Source: Phoronis australis
Lineage: Eukaryota > Animalia > Phoronida
Length of the DNA stretch: 64,000 nucleotides
Assembly (NCBI GenBank): GCA_002633005.1
Contig: NMRA01000030.1
Coordinates: 566,477 to 630,476 of the forward strand
Direction of reading: 5' to 3'
The position numbers and the translations under genes are program-made. Below, in pieces: positions 1 through 12,532 of the stretch (positions are counted from its first letter, which is position 1; each line of letters opens with the position of its first letter). The notes under the pieces were generated by a model. It was not told where the DNA came from, searched no databases, and saw only the letters and a program-made list of their open reading frames with translations.

Positions 1-1718
1 TTGTTAGTAAAAGGTCCATGATCGTCAAAAATCCGAGCCCACAATCTTAAAGGCTGGGTGCACGCATTAACATTGAACTCAAAATTCAACTGTCCTGTGC
101 AAATTTGTAACTTATCTTTCAATGTCTTGTGAGCAGTGCCACTTGAATATTCTCAATGCCTTCTTATAATTTCATGTACCAACACCCATGGAAATAAAGT
201 GAGGGCATGCGAAAGCTGCAAGGAGAAATTTAGAAAATCGCGATGTACCAGTTGCCGTAAGGGCGCTTTCTCGAACAAATAGGGGCAACGATACAATGCT
301 CCAAATCATAATGCATGAGGTCAAGCAAAAAGTAAAGGCCTTATTGCGAAAAGAAGCAACTCTTGCAAATGAAGACCTTGCGCCTGAATCCATGACCAAC
401 TTCACTTGGGAACAGTTGCTGCCCCCTCCCCCGTTGTTACAAATATTCAAGACTATGTCATCTAGAAAACTTGAATCATGGCCACTGGTGCCACCCTTGT
501 TCTCTTTATGCTGCCTTCTGTACAATCAGGAAAATTGTTGATCATTTAGGTTTTTGTCTACTGGATCAGCCTACAGCTGTCCATGCGCGGGCACAGCAAC
601 GTGATGAGTGAACAGAAATTCTCCAGTGTGATATTGTTTTCAATTTGTTCTGTAGAATTATCAAAAAAATGTTTTTTGCATACATGACAAGGTTCAATGA
701 AAACTTCAGTAGGCCTTATGAGTATACCGGCCGACACCTCACTATTCTTGTGCTCCTTGGAAAAAGTACGCACACTCTTTCAAGACAAAAAATATGGATC
801 CGACTCCTTCCCCCTTCATTTCGGTCTATTCCATTATTTCCTTTGTGTAGGACTACACGTCGTTTTCCCAGCCTTCGGATTGGTCTGTTGTTATCACGTG
901 CCTCGAGTTTGGTCAGCTCTTGGCTCTTATAGGCTGATGATTGTCACGTGTCCTTAGGGGTGTTTTCTTTGTTATGGTAACCTCGCGTTCAGTTCATCTT
1001 TGTTCCGGCCACATTGTCGTACGTTCAAAAACTTATTCAATTTTAAATTTCTTAACTTTTCCTGTGTGATACCTGCGTGCTGTCTTATATCGCCTACCTC
1101 CGTCTCCTTTTCATCTCTGGTAACGAGCTTGCGACGCGAGTATCATTTATCTATTATTCGGGACATATGTCAATCATAAATAATATTCCTTCTTCAGATA
1201 GATCGCTCAATAAGGAAATCTTAGTTGTGAAAAATAAACCATTCCCATGTCAACAGTTATTTTCAAAATTATGGCGAGAGAAAGCCAATTGTCATTAACT
1301 TTGACATCTGTGTTCGTCACCATTTTCGCCTTTTTGCGTTGAAAATGGCCAAACCCTCCGACTGTTAAAAAGTTGCTCCCGACTTAGACGATGGTCGCGT
1401 ACCTGTGATTTAGTAGTAAATTGGCTGCGAAGACTGAGTCGCATATTGAATCCTCACTCTTTTAGGATAAAACGCAAAACCACTAGCAGATACAGGGTTA
1501 AATCAAAATCCGTGGCCCTTTTGTATACTCTCTAATCTTAAAAATTGGTCTTTTCATTTTCCTAAACACTCACTGACGAACTCATATCATAATCCATGAT
1601 ACTATTCAAACCATGCTTTTGGTTGACATAAAATTCATGACAGCTACTTAGATCACACGAGTATTTGCGGGGCATTGGTGTACGTAAGGACGTACTAGAC
1701 CAAAGTGACTTTACGTGC

Positions 1719-2027
1719 CAGGGGCGGATCCAGGATTTTGAGTTAGGGGGGGGGCAGGGCACTGTGGAACAACCAGAATTTCGGCAGATGCGCGTGCCCA
1801 GCCTAAAATGTGGGTACGCAGGGGTCTCGAATTTTTGGGTTTGTGGAGCTGTTGACTTAAAAAAAAGGTAAACGGGTTTTGTTCAGGGTTTATGCATTGT
1901 TTTATGCACACCCGGCCCTGATTCACGCATGTGTTAGTCTGAGCAATTCGCACCCGAACTCCCAAGTGGTATCTGGTAGAATTTTAGGGGGGCCATGGCC
2001 CCCTTGCCCCCCCTAAATCTGCCACTG
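1719..2027. mobile_element. Non-autonomous TIR element (MITE), CAGGGGCGGATCCAG.../...AAATCTGCCACTG family
   Basis: Terminal inverted repeats. Related copies lie at 5326-5407 and 54627-54784 (inverted). The flanks cgtgc/cacgc are compatible with a CpG-decayed 5-bp TSD. Confidence 0.8.
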
Positions 2028-3109
2028 CACGCGTTACTACGTCTGTGGAAAATCTGATTTAGGATCTGACGGTCACTTGATAGTGTTTCCAATTAAAAAA
2101 ATCAGCTGTTTCATGCCTCACAAACTGTACATATTGACAGATTTGAGGTTACGTTAGTGCAACCGTGATTTTCTAAGGACAGTATGTCAACGTCGTTTAA
2201 TCTGCCCTTGCATAAAAAACTTTCATACGTAATTAACTGATTACAAAACCGGTACTATCACCCCGAAATTTGTTTAGTTTTCGGCAAAATTAAGTGTACT
2301 TTTATGGGTGGTGCAGCACTGAAAAAGTGAGGGCTATAGCCTCCCCAGCTCCAGCCCCCTATAGTGCGCCGCCTACGTCTTAACAACACGGCAAATGCAC
2401 GGCTGGTTCCCGGCAGCACATATGCAGAGGGCGGGGACTTCAGCTTTCAAAGTTTGCCGGTAGGACCGCAACTTCTGACCTTCGGCCTGGTTTAAAGAAT
2501 GAGATATCTCTTGGCATGCGCCGAGTGAAAATGGTGAGTTCACGATTTTGGGACTGCTCGAAGAAAAAGTTTGATAACGGGAGTATTTTTTTCGAGTTCA
2601 TAACGTGGAGTTGTCGTGAGGACTCGATTGGGACCTCAGGGGTCTCACGCTCCACCGGCTTATCTACACTAATTTGAAAAGGCTTTGTCCAGTCACACGT
2701 TGTGGGTCATAAATCGACAACAGCTGACGCGACAAGCAGAACTATACTTTCGTTTACTTCATTGGTGCACTAACTGGAGAAATTTAGAATTAGACTTTTA
2801 AACACTATCCGTCATTGTCAACTTTTTTCGGAAGACTTAAATCTAATGTAGTTTGCGCAAAGACGATGCGCGATTTTGAGAGGTGTATTGATGATGATCA
2901 ATGTTAAAACGGAGAGCAAATAAGTGCGTAGTTTATCATCCAATCGGTAGTTTTGCGAGAAAGTGACAACCTTGCCGAAACTGAATATTACAAAAAAAAT
3001 AATTGCAGGCGGTCTGATACACGTAGTACCAGACGTGCGCAGGTACTCGCACGTGGGCCCATTGCACTGATCACCTGGAAATATTTTTATGCTTTATTAA
3101 TATATGGTT

Positions 3110-3232
3110 AAAACTGAGCTGAGGAGCTAGAAACCTGGCTCAAGGGTTTAGCAGTGTGACCTGGTGGGACTTGAACCCACGACCTCGAGTAAAGAAAGCG
3201 GGCACTTATCAACCAGGCCACACTGCCTCCTC
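3110..3232 (-). mobile_element. tRNA-derived SINE fragment
   Basis: The minus strand reads ggcagtgtggcctggttgataag (A box) ... gggttcaagtccc (B box), followed by cccttgagccagg, a typical SINE body motif. Confidence 0.65.
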
Positions 3233-5325
3233 TTCCGAAACTGAATAACGGAAACCCTTGAAAATCATTATAAGCGAGAAATATTTTCTGATGTTTAGGC
3301 TCATTAACTTTAAGTAAACGAAATGTCGCAAATATGTTCGTTTTCTCTTGCGCGCTCATAATCAGATTCCTATAACTGTTAAGGCCAAAAACCTAGTTTG
3401 CAAACATCTAGACTAAAATCTTGATGGTATCGTATTTTGCCAGCGACCATACACGGTATAAAAATGAATTAAAAGCTGAATTAGGCGAAACTTGACTTGA
3501 TGGAATTCTCGTCATGGAACGCATAAATATCACCATCATCTTCGTGTCAAAATTGCCAACTAAAACTCGAGGGGGAGGGCATGAACCTTAAAATCCTGGC
3601 TAGTACGCATTTTCGTTTTAGCGAACTTCAAAAATAGGGCATGGTGGAGTGTTTGAAGGAGCCAAAATCCATCCAAGTCGAAGTGGCCATAACGGAGCGA
3701 TATGGAGATTTAAAATGACGTGATTTATCCATTTTTTTTCAGTTGCTGTGTACCTAAATTAACAGGCACAGAAAAAATGACTTACATTACGCTTTTCTGA
3801 AACACACCTCAGCGAAATCGTCAAAGAAAAAAAGCGCTTCTTGCCACCTAAAACAGACAAAAACAACCAAAGCACGCATCGCGTCGCTTGCCTGAAAAAG
3901 TAACTCTTTCACTTGTTTTTTGTGGTTAGACATGTGATGTTTACCCATATTTTTGGTCGTGGCCCCCTGCAACAGGCTACTACTTCAATTGTCACGTATA
4001 TATTGACGATGTCCAAATTTAGCTGCCCCACCAGTTCCCTGGGTTTCATGTTTTGTAATTCAAAGTGATTGCATAAACTTAGGAATAAATGCTAGTTACA
4101 GGCACTGCGTTCATAAAGAGTAAGAAAACAAAAACCCAGCGGCGTACAATCACCTCGTTTTGGCAATGCATTGTGTGCATTCCACATAACAAGTAGGCCA
4201 CTCTTCAGATTAGTGCTTTCACAATGAAAATAACAGTAAGATTTCCCAATAGTGTAATGTATATTGTACATGAGAATTTCAAATGTTAAAATGACTAGTT
4301 GTTCATACTATGGGAAAAGCAATAAGGGACACAGGCACTAGCAATAATAAACTTTTCAGTATAAATATTGCCCTTCATAGGATGAGCAAAACATGCACTA
4401 AGTACTGTTGAGATAACCTACCGGAGATCTTTGAAACTAACAATTATAAACTCTGCAATATAAACAATACCCTTTATACAATGAACATGTAACAAATATA
4501 CACACCCAAATAGTGTTACATGCAATCCCTCACCTGATGAGATCATCCATGAGTATGATTCCCTCTGTGTAAACAATAACTCACATGGTGAGCAAAACAT
4601 TTATAGTGGGACTTAACTACAACATAACAGCTTTCAAAATTTATGTCATAGCATTACAAGGTTCTACTACTTAACAAAACACCATAAGTGATATAACTGC
4701 TGAGATCACTACCTTCACAACGAAAAGTTATCAATATAAAAATATATGTAACATGAGCTTGAGCAAAGTATCGGTAGGACTGCACAATACTGCTATCCCT
4801 GGTGGAACCAGTCACTGAAAACTGCAATAGATTTCACACCTCACAAGATGACAATAATATGTATACAAGAATTTGCTTTTTAAGATCAACCATGTGGAAA
4901 TGACAGGGTCATTGCAGAATTTAGTAAAAAAATCTGCATTTCAGCCTAAAAAACAATCATTTTCAAAACCACACCAGGAGTCACTGAATAAAAACACTAA
5001 AAGAGACAGTATGTATTTCACTTCATGGGATGCAAAAAATAAGTATCCTAAACTGAAAAGATCAGTCATCCAAGGCTTGAAGAATATTCAAAATAAATAC
5101 ACTTGTTAAGCAATAAACTAGTGGCAACAATAATGGACACATGTCGCAATAAATACACCCCTAGTTTTTTAGGAGCAAAACTAGCATTTCAACCTCAACA
5201 ATGCGGAAACATCACAAGCAGCTTACACATTTCCAAAACCACACAGGCAATACTGATGTGTACATGAATGAGGTGCACATTTGGAGAAAAAGTAAAATAT
5301 TCTCCCTAGTTGTGAATGTCCTAGC

Positions 5326-5407
5326 CAGTGGCGGATTTAGAAGGGGGCCAGGCTAATAGTCTGCCCTGCCCCCCCCCCCCTAACACAAAATCCTGGATCC
5401 GCCCATG
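5326..5407. mobile_element. Short MITE of the same family, 5-bp TSD CTAGC
   Basis: ctagc|cagtggcggatttag...ctggatccgcccatg|ctagc. Confidence 0.8.
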
Positions 5408-6347
5408 CTAGCTGCACGAAGCATCTAGGTCATTCACTGAATGCCAGGCACATATCATACTATGCATTCATATACATGCGAGTAGGACATTCTCACTGAC
5501 CACAATGGTCAACAAAGCTGCATGCAGAATACTACCTTGGCATCTCAGAGCATTTGATATACACACAACATTCGAAATGAGTAGAAGGCACACTAATAAA
5601 TGCTCTGGAGGGGCCCTTAAATCCAGTAAGGTGAGCTATGAGCAGAAAAAACAGCTTTTCAAACAAATTTCCAAACACAGTGCAGCACTTTCAAACATGA
5701 TTAAGTGCCAAAAATACTGGAATTGATACCTGGGCCCTGTCATTGATCTTTTTACAGGAAATGGAACTCGAAATTACGNGTGGCGGTATTCAGCAAGCAC
5801 GTAGGGCCTACTTGTGAGTCACCTGTCAATCACATGTTGGTGTCAAGGTAACATGCACTCCAAAGTGTGGGAACTTGCGCACGTGCACCACTACAAATCA
5901 GTCACACATAGCGACAGTCCGAAGTAACAAAAACGGGCGTGATTATGTACTTTTAAGCTGTTGTTACGAAAGACCCAGTTCTTTACGATATTCCCCCGTT
6001 GCCAATGTTCCCCAAAACTGCGATGTCAAGTCTATTCCCATATTTCCCAGCTCGATGCTCCCTAAGCCCATCCCTGTAACTAGCTGCGTGACCACTATCG
6101 TCAAGCAGTCTACGTCGTAGATATTTCAGACTCGAATGGTAAGAATTTTTATTCAGGCTGAAAATGGCCAATGTATGAACAAAACTATTCCGGATGGCTA
6201 AAAAGGGGATGGGGAAACGATAATTCACACAGTCACGCTTACGTGGTGGCTGACGCACGAAATAGTAAAGAACAGCCAGCGACATTAGTTGAATCTGCTA
6301 ACCAGTTTGACTGAGATGCAATAAGCGAAAAACAAAATTTGACTAGC

Positions 6348-6511
6348 CGTTTTTTATTACTTCAAGATCATACACAAACATACATTATTGCCAACGTTTG
6401 AATTCAGAAATCGACAGACAGCAACGAAATCGGTAACCCAGTAAGGCACTTCTACTGTCCCTTCGGTCGCCCCTCATCCTCTATAACCCGGCAGTTATAT
6501 TCATCAAAATA
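6348..6511 (-). repeat. Dispersed repeat; inverted copy of 8777-8947 (internal part of the Tc2-like element)
   Basis: Near-identical reverse complement, e.g. aaatcggtaacccagtaaggcactt versus aagtgccttactgggttaccgattt. Confidence 0.8.
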
Positions 6512-7869
6512 AGCAGAGCTTGGAATGAGGAATAACAAAAACAGAGGAGAACGTTCCAGCTACTGTATGATACACAAAAAATAGGCTTGTGTGATAGACA
6601 TTTTTGGCTGTAAGATTTATCTGAACTAAACATTTAATAAAGTCGAAAAAGATGATAAAAAGAGGAAACTGGAAATCAAATAAGAGGAAGATCGACACCA
6701 AAAAAGAATTCCTCTTAAAAGACGAAATTCCTGAGCCCTGATCAAGTCTGTATTCTCCAGGCTTCAACATGTACATAAATGCAACTGTCAAGAAGTATAC
6801 CTTCTTGAAATTGTCAAGGCAAGCTCTCTGAAATGTAAACAATCCCTGTTTTGGTGGTGTGATTTTAAAACTTCTGGTGCTGGTGACCTTGTGCACGTGC
6901 AGTAGTGTATCACAACTTACACTCATGTAGTCAGAAGTTCACATCACTGTTTGGAAGGGCAATTAACATTTTGAGTGTTGCTCAATGCTCAGGACTCAGG
7001 AGTTTTAAAATTATGAAGAAATGGAAGTTTTGGGAAGCAGTTGAACGAATTAGAAACCAACAATGAAAACATGAAAAGAAACCGAACCCCACAAAACGCT
7101 TAAATGAGTGGTTCGAAAAAGAGGAGATAAAAGTACATGTGCACTGTCAAGCAAGAGCTGCAGGTAAGAAAAGGTTCAGCAATTGAAATACAGTTTACTC
7201 ACTGGAATCTGTGCTAAATATTAAAGTAAGCAATCCAGGTGTAGAGTGAACTGGATTATTTTGTAAACAAAAGTCAAGAGTGAACAATAAGGGCCAGGTG
7301 TGTAGGATTAAGGGTTAGGCTAGTACTGGTATGCAGAATACAATGGCTTATCAATTATGTCATCAAGTTCAGTCAACAGAGAGTGCACTTATAGCAAGGG
7401 GGTTGGGGGATCTACAAGAAAACAAGGAAATGAAACATAAACAAATGTAAAGAAAAGAGAAAAATTAAGGTAAGAAAGACATATGGCTCAGCTGCAGAAT
7501 GCTGTCTCCACCTCTTATTAATAAAACTTAAAGGGTAATTTAAAGCAATGGCTTGACATTATTTCATTTGCGAATTACACCATTCGAAAAATTCTGGATC
7601 AGTTGAAAATCCCAGAATACCAATTCAATCCGACAACATCGGACTTGTTACAGTAAATCTACTTTACAAAGAACAAAAACAACATTGAAGGCACCATGGT
7701 AAATTCGTCCAGATGTGGTACAAGCAATTTCATGAACACACAATCCCACGTAAACACGGTATACTTTATTTGTACAGCCAACAGCATCATGCGAGCATAA
7801 GTGATGATAAAAAATACTTATGTTTTTCTTCACCAGGTCCCGAGCACGACATAGTCGATCGGCTCAGCC

Positions 7870-8035
7870 TCTCACGAATCACGGCTCGACGAGCTGGACA
7901 AACTCAGACGGCCATCCAGGAAAACCGACATGAATTCCCGGCGCTGTCATTTACTCCCCGCACAGTTACTTCCGCCCAATGGCCGTTTTCGTCAACTGCC
8001 TGCATTTTCTGTCCATCTTCCATTTTGAATCGGCT
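7870..8035 (-). pseudogene. Decayed Tudor/chromo-barrel-like coding remnant
   Basis: Minus strand reads SRFKMEDGQKMQAVDENGHWAEVTVRGVNDSAG, then a 1-nt frameshift, then IHVGFPGWPSEFVQLVEP*FVR. This fits the GxKxxAxDxxGxWxxxxV...xFxGWxxxF barrel pattern. Confidence 0.4.
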
Positions 8036-8195
8036 ACTTTTGAGTTGAGAGCAAAGACAACTACTCAGCCATCCTCACGTGTTGTACCGGAGTCTTACTA
8101 CTCACCACCATGCGCGAGTTTGGTCCTTATAGACATGTTCACCAAAATGAAATTGCTGTTGTATACTACTAATATATAGCGTACGATTTTACTTA

Positions 8196-9010
8196 CCGTA
8201 AACGTTCGGGTTAACGCCCATGCTCAGTTAACCGCCCACCCCCTACTTTAGATGGATTTTCGATTTAACCGCCCACTGCTCGGTTAAGCGCCCCCCTGCG
8301 ATTTTGGAAGATTTCCAGTTAAGCGCCCACCCCCGACTTTTAAAGAATGAAGACTTAGCGCCCAGTGCTAAGGAAACGTGCGATTTCCCGACTTCTAAGA
8401 TCGATGATCACAAAGAGCGCAACGACGCCGGGCTTCCGATAGGGTACTGGTTTAGCAATGTGAATTACACTTCAAGTAACGAGTTATTGTCTTGGGTCAT
8501 GGACTCACTTCAAAATATAATACTTGGAACGTTTTTGTCACTTTATTGTCTTCCCAAGTTTAAGAACGCCGCCGGTGTCAAAACGTCCGCTTTCAGCGAC
8601 TTTATCTGCCGCGCTGAGTTTCCATCTGTAGTGCAAAAGATAAAACATATATTCGAAAAAATCAGGCCAGAGAAATGTGACAATGGTTTTGTCAACCCTC
8701 CAAATTCTGTTAAGGTGGGAAGCTCTCGTATTTTGAACAAATCTCACAACTCACGGAAAGATGTCAAATTCTCAATATTTTGATGAATGTAACTGCGGAG
8801 TTATAGAGGATGTGTGGCGACCGAAGGGACAGTGCAAGTGCCTTACTGGGTTACCGATTTCGTTGCTGCCTATCGATTTCTGAATTCAAAGATCGACAAT
8901 AATATATGTTTGTGTATGATCTTGAGGTACCCGGTAATAAAAAACGTTTAAGCGCCCATGTCTGGTTAACCGCTCACCCACGATTTTTTGGGTTTGCCAA
9001 TTTAACCGCC
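8196..9010. mobile_element. Truncated non-autonomous Tc1/mariner-superfamily (Tc2/pogo-like) element
   Basis: Starts TA|CCGTA and has repeated subterminal TTAA(C/G)CGCCCA motifs at both ends. Confidence 0.65.
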
Positions 9011-9109
9011 CAAACGCACGAGTCATATTTCTTCAGGAAGCCCATATCACCAAACCTTCGGCTTCGTGGGCAATAAAATGTAATCGTCCGAATAGATCTG
9101 TCGACCACA

Positions 9110-9645
9110 GATCTACCCTGTGGTTTTTCTCTTGATCCCATGCAGACCATACCGAGTTGCTCCAGCTGCCAACTCAGGACGGTCTCTCACGAGGTTTTAG
9201 TGTTATAAATGGAAGGAATTAAACACATCGACAACCTCCTAAAATGTTCCTCTATGCGCAAAAGGTATTTATAACAATTTGTGACTTTGATGCTTTAGTC
9301 GGTGCGAGGCATAATTCGCCGAAAAGCTTCCGGCATATATGGAGCGCCTAATAGGAGCTGCATCGCCTCTGGTCGGGCCAACAGAAGCGATGGTCACTGT
9401 CTACCTAAGCCCCAGACAACTTTTAGGATCCCTATTCAGCACGCCCTTTGTATTGATGTAGACTGAGCTAATGAAGTGGAAACGTAATAGCTAGCACTAC
9501 TTTAATATTGGAATGTGTTTATGACAGGTTTTCATGGTTTATTAGCTTATTTGCATAACGCTAAATCGTCGTGAGAGACCATCCGGAGTTGGTATATGGT
9601 GCATTAACTCCGGACGGTCTGGGCTCAACAGAAAGCCACAGTTCT
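9110..9645. mobile_element. MITE-like element with ~85-bp imperfect inverted termini
   Basis: ctgtggtttttctcttgatccca...ccaactcaggacggtctctcacgaggttttag is the inverse of ctaaatcgtcgtgagagaccatccggagttgg...gggctcaacagaaagccacag. Confidence 0.6.
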
Positions 9646-11054
9646 ACTGTGAGTCTAAACTAATGTGATAAACGAGAGTAGTTGTACTTGCCGCGTCAGC
9701 TGCAGGTCATCTTTATCTCTTTAGTGATACAAAGTGTGTAATTGGGCACAGCTTTTTCAAAAATGAGTGTACAAAAGCCAGTGGAGCTTGAGACCCCTCA
9801 GGTCCCTGTCAAGTCCTCACGACAATTCTAGGTTATGATACATGTTCAGTTTAAAGTTTTTATTGTTAACTCTTGACATATATCCCAGCCCAAGCTACAT
9901 CTTCCCCATTTGGTTAGTTTTGTATTTGGCGCACATTCTGATTGGTCGAATATGTTCACTTGCAAGTTATATGTACACCAGTAGCTTTTAATACATCATA
10001 CCGAACACAAGTATTTTTCTCATCAAACCACCTCGGGTTTTATCCATACACAATATAACCCACATCTTTTTGCATTTTGCCGTGACCCTCAACTCTAGTC
10101 TCATGGATGTAATATGGCTAAAGGCAAAACGGACTGCTCAGAAGGGGTAAATCACAATGCTACTCAAACGTCTCACCAACCTACCCAACGATTCCCATCA
10201 AGCAACGCCACTTCTGGATACCCTCAATGATTAACTGAATGCTGTCAAGGAACTAAACAACCAGGGCACCTGGCCCCAACAAACTTGGAAATTTCAAATT
10301 TTTGACATTAATTTTCTGTGAGTTGCATTTGTTAAACAATTTTTTGTTTTATATGATGATTTAGTTCAATGTTTGCAAAGTACAAAACACTAAATTTTTT
10401 GATGATATCTTCTAAGAAATTTTCGCAAGACAGCTCAATTATGTAAGTTGAGTGCGTGTGACAGACGTACGTAGCGGACGTACCCTCTCAATTTCTAGTA
10501 TTAAATTGTTTGTTGTGACTAAGATATCTATTCAGAATGATTCAAATTTTTGCAGTATTTAAAAGGGGACTGTAGTCAAAATAATGTTGCAGTTAATCGG
10601 TTCTAAGATAGAAATAAAACTCATATTTGCCTGACTTGCATGCCAAACAAAAGCCGATTCATATTCATGGTTAAAACACTGAATCCTGAAAGCGATCGCT
10701 GATTGGCTGATGTGTCAGTGACGTGAATGACGGGGTATCGGCTGCTTTACACATTCATTGCTTATGTCATGTTTTGAATTTACCTAAACATCATTCAACA
10801 AAGAATGGACTCACCGGAGACAGCCAAAGAGTTGTTATCTCTGCGACGAAGGATGTTAAAGTTGAGTCTCCGATGAGTTGCCAGCAGTCACTGGTACGGT
10901 GCGCGGCTTTAGACCCTCTGCGGCTGGGTTAAAGATCTTTTATAGGCCTAACTATCCCCAATTCCCGTACCAGGGTGAATTTCAAAAATAACTTGACTTG
11001 GCTGCGCAATTTTTCATTGTATCAATCGTCCTTATTTTTATTGTTTGCTACAGT

Positions 11055-12532
11055 GTTGATTGGGCAAAAATATATCACTAAGCCTGGGGGTTGTTTTTAT
11101 TGTGCTTTTGTCGACTTTTCGAAGGCGTTTAACAGATCCCCACGATCTGGTATAGATTACAAGAAATTGGTGTCCATTGTAACTTACTTAAAGTCCTGAA
11201 ATCTATGTATAGCAAATTACGTTCATGTATAAGGACCCGAGAAGGGTTAACCAACTTTTTTGACTGTTCTGTCAGCACCAGACAAGGGTGTATGATCAGC
11301 NTGCCGAAGGCAGTGCACATTTGAAATAACTCGGCACAAATTAAAGAAAACTTCCGAATCGATGAATGCGGTATATCTGTGAGAGTTAAATCGAATCCTA
11401 TTCAGATCATAACTTTGAAGTGGAATAATTCGGTGAGTACAACAGCAAGTCGGTTTTATGCTTAGGCGGACGAACATTGGGCTCCCCAGTATAGATTACA
11501 AGAAATTGGTGTCCATTGTAACTTACTTAAAGTCCTGAAATCTATGTATAGCAAATTACGTTCATGTATAAGGACCCGAGAAGGGTTAACCAACTTTTTT
11601 GACTGTTCTGTCAGCACCAGACAAGGGTGTATGATCAGCCCACTATTGTTTATCATTTATCTTAACAAATTTATCGAAGTCCTAGATAATCCCCAAAATA
11701 TTAAAGGGATTTATATCAGTGAAGAGGCGCCGCAAGTCAAATCACTGTTGTATGCTGATGACATGGTTCTGTGTTGGAGCACTCAAATTAATTTGCAAAG
11801 AATGTTAAACTGCCTTTAAGATTATTGCTCTTCTTGGGGCATGAGTAAATCTGAAAAACATTGTTTTTAGAAATGTCAGGCCTGACTCAGAGCATATGAC
11901 AAGTGGTATTGTGGAAATCATTTAGTGGAGTTAATGTCTCCCAATATAAATATCTTGGAATATTTTTTACACCAAGATTAGTATGGTTCAAAGCCATTAA
12001 AACACTGGCACGTCAATCTCTAAAATTAGAAACCGGTGCAAGGAATTGACATTGAGGCTATCACTTGAACTGTTTGATAAAATTGCTGTGCCAACTATGT
12101 GCTGCGGTGCGGAAATCTGGGGATTCAAAGAATATGAATGGCTTGAAAATTTATATGTTAAATTCTGTAAAAGTGCTCCTGGATCGGTTGGCAACTCTTG
12201 CTCAGATGCAGCTGTATTGGGTGAATGTGGAATTTATCTGCTCTATGCAAAGTACTATGTCACATGTGTAATATATATTGGCTAAAGTTGTTGAAAATGC
12301 CACCTACTAGATACGATAAAGCGGCTTATGATATGTTAGCCGATTTAGATCGGAATAGGAGAAATACCTGGATATCTTCTGTAAGACAATTACTATCAAA
12401 ATAGTTTTTATGAAATTTGGTTGAATCAAGGTGTCACGTGCGAAGTCTCACATTTAAGTGTCTTCACGCAAGAGTTAATGACTGCTATGAGCAAGGTTGG
12501 CGAACAGAAATTGAGCATAATGCAAAACTTAA
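11055..12532 (+). mobile_element. Degenerate non-LTR retrotransposon RT (RTEX-like), 5' part; a probable upstream piece lies at ~10200-10278 (KELNN..APGP)
   Basis: Motifs FYCAFVDFSKAF, MYSKLRSCI, RQGCMISPLLF, LLYADD, YKYLG, GAEIWG, KFCK and AVLGECG, broken by frameshifts and stops. Confidence 0.85.

Noticed and set aside
8304-8783. 159-aa ORF, the longest non-gap ORF in the window
   Set aside because: It lies within a Tc2-like non-autonomous element, begins at a non-ATG codon inside subterminal repeats, and has no recognisable domain.
11150-11639. Exact ~150-bp direct duplication (11150-11300 and 11489-11639) in the LINE RT
   Set aside because: The first copy ends exactly at a single N (11301). 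Perfect identity inside an old, decayed element points to a contig-join or haplotype artefact rather than a biological duplication.
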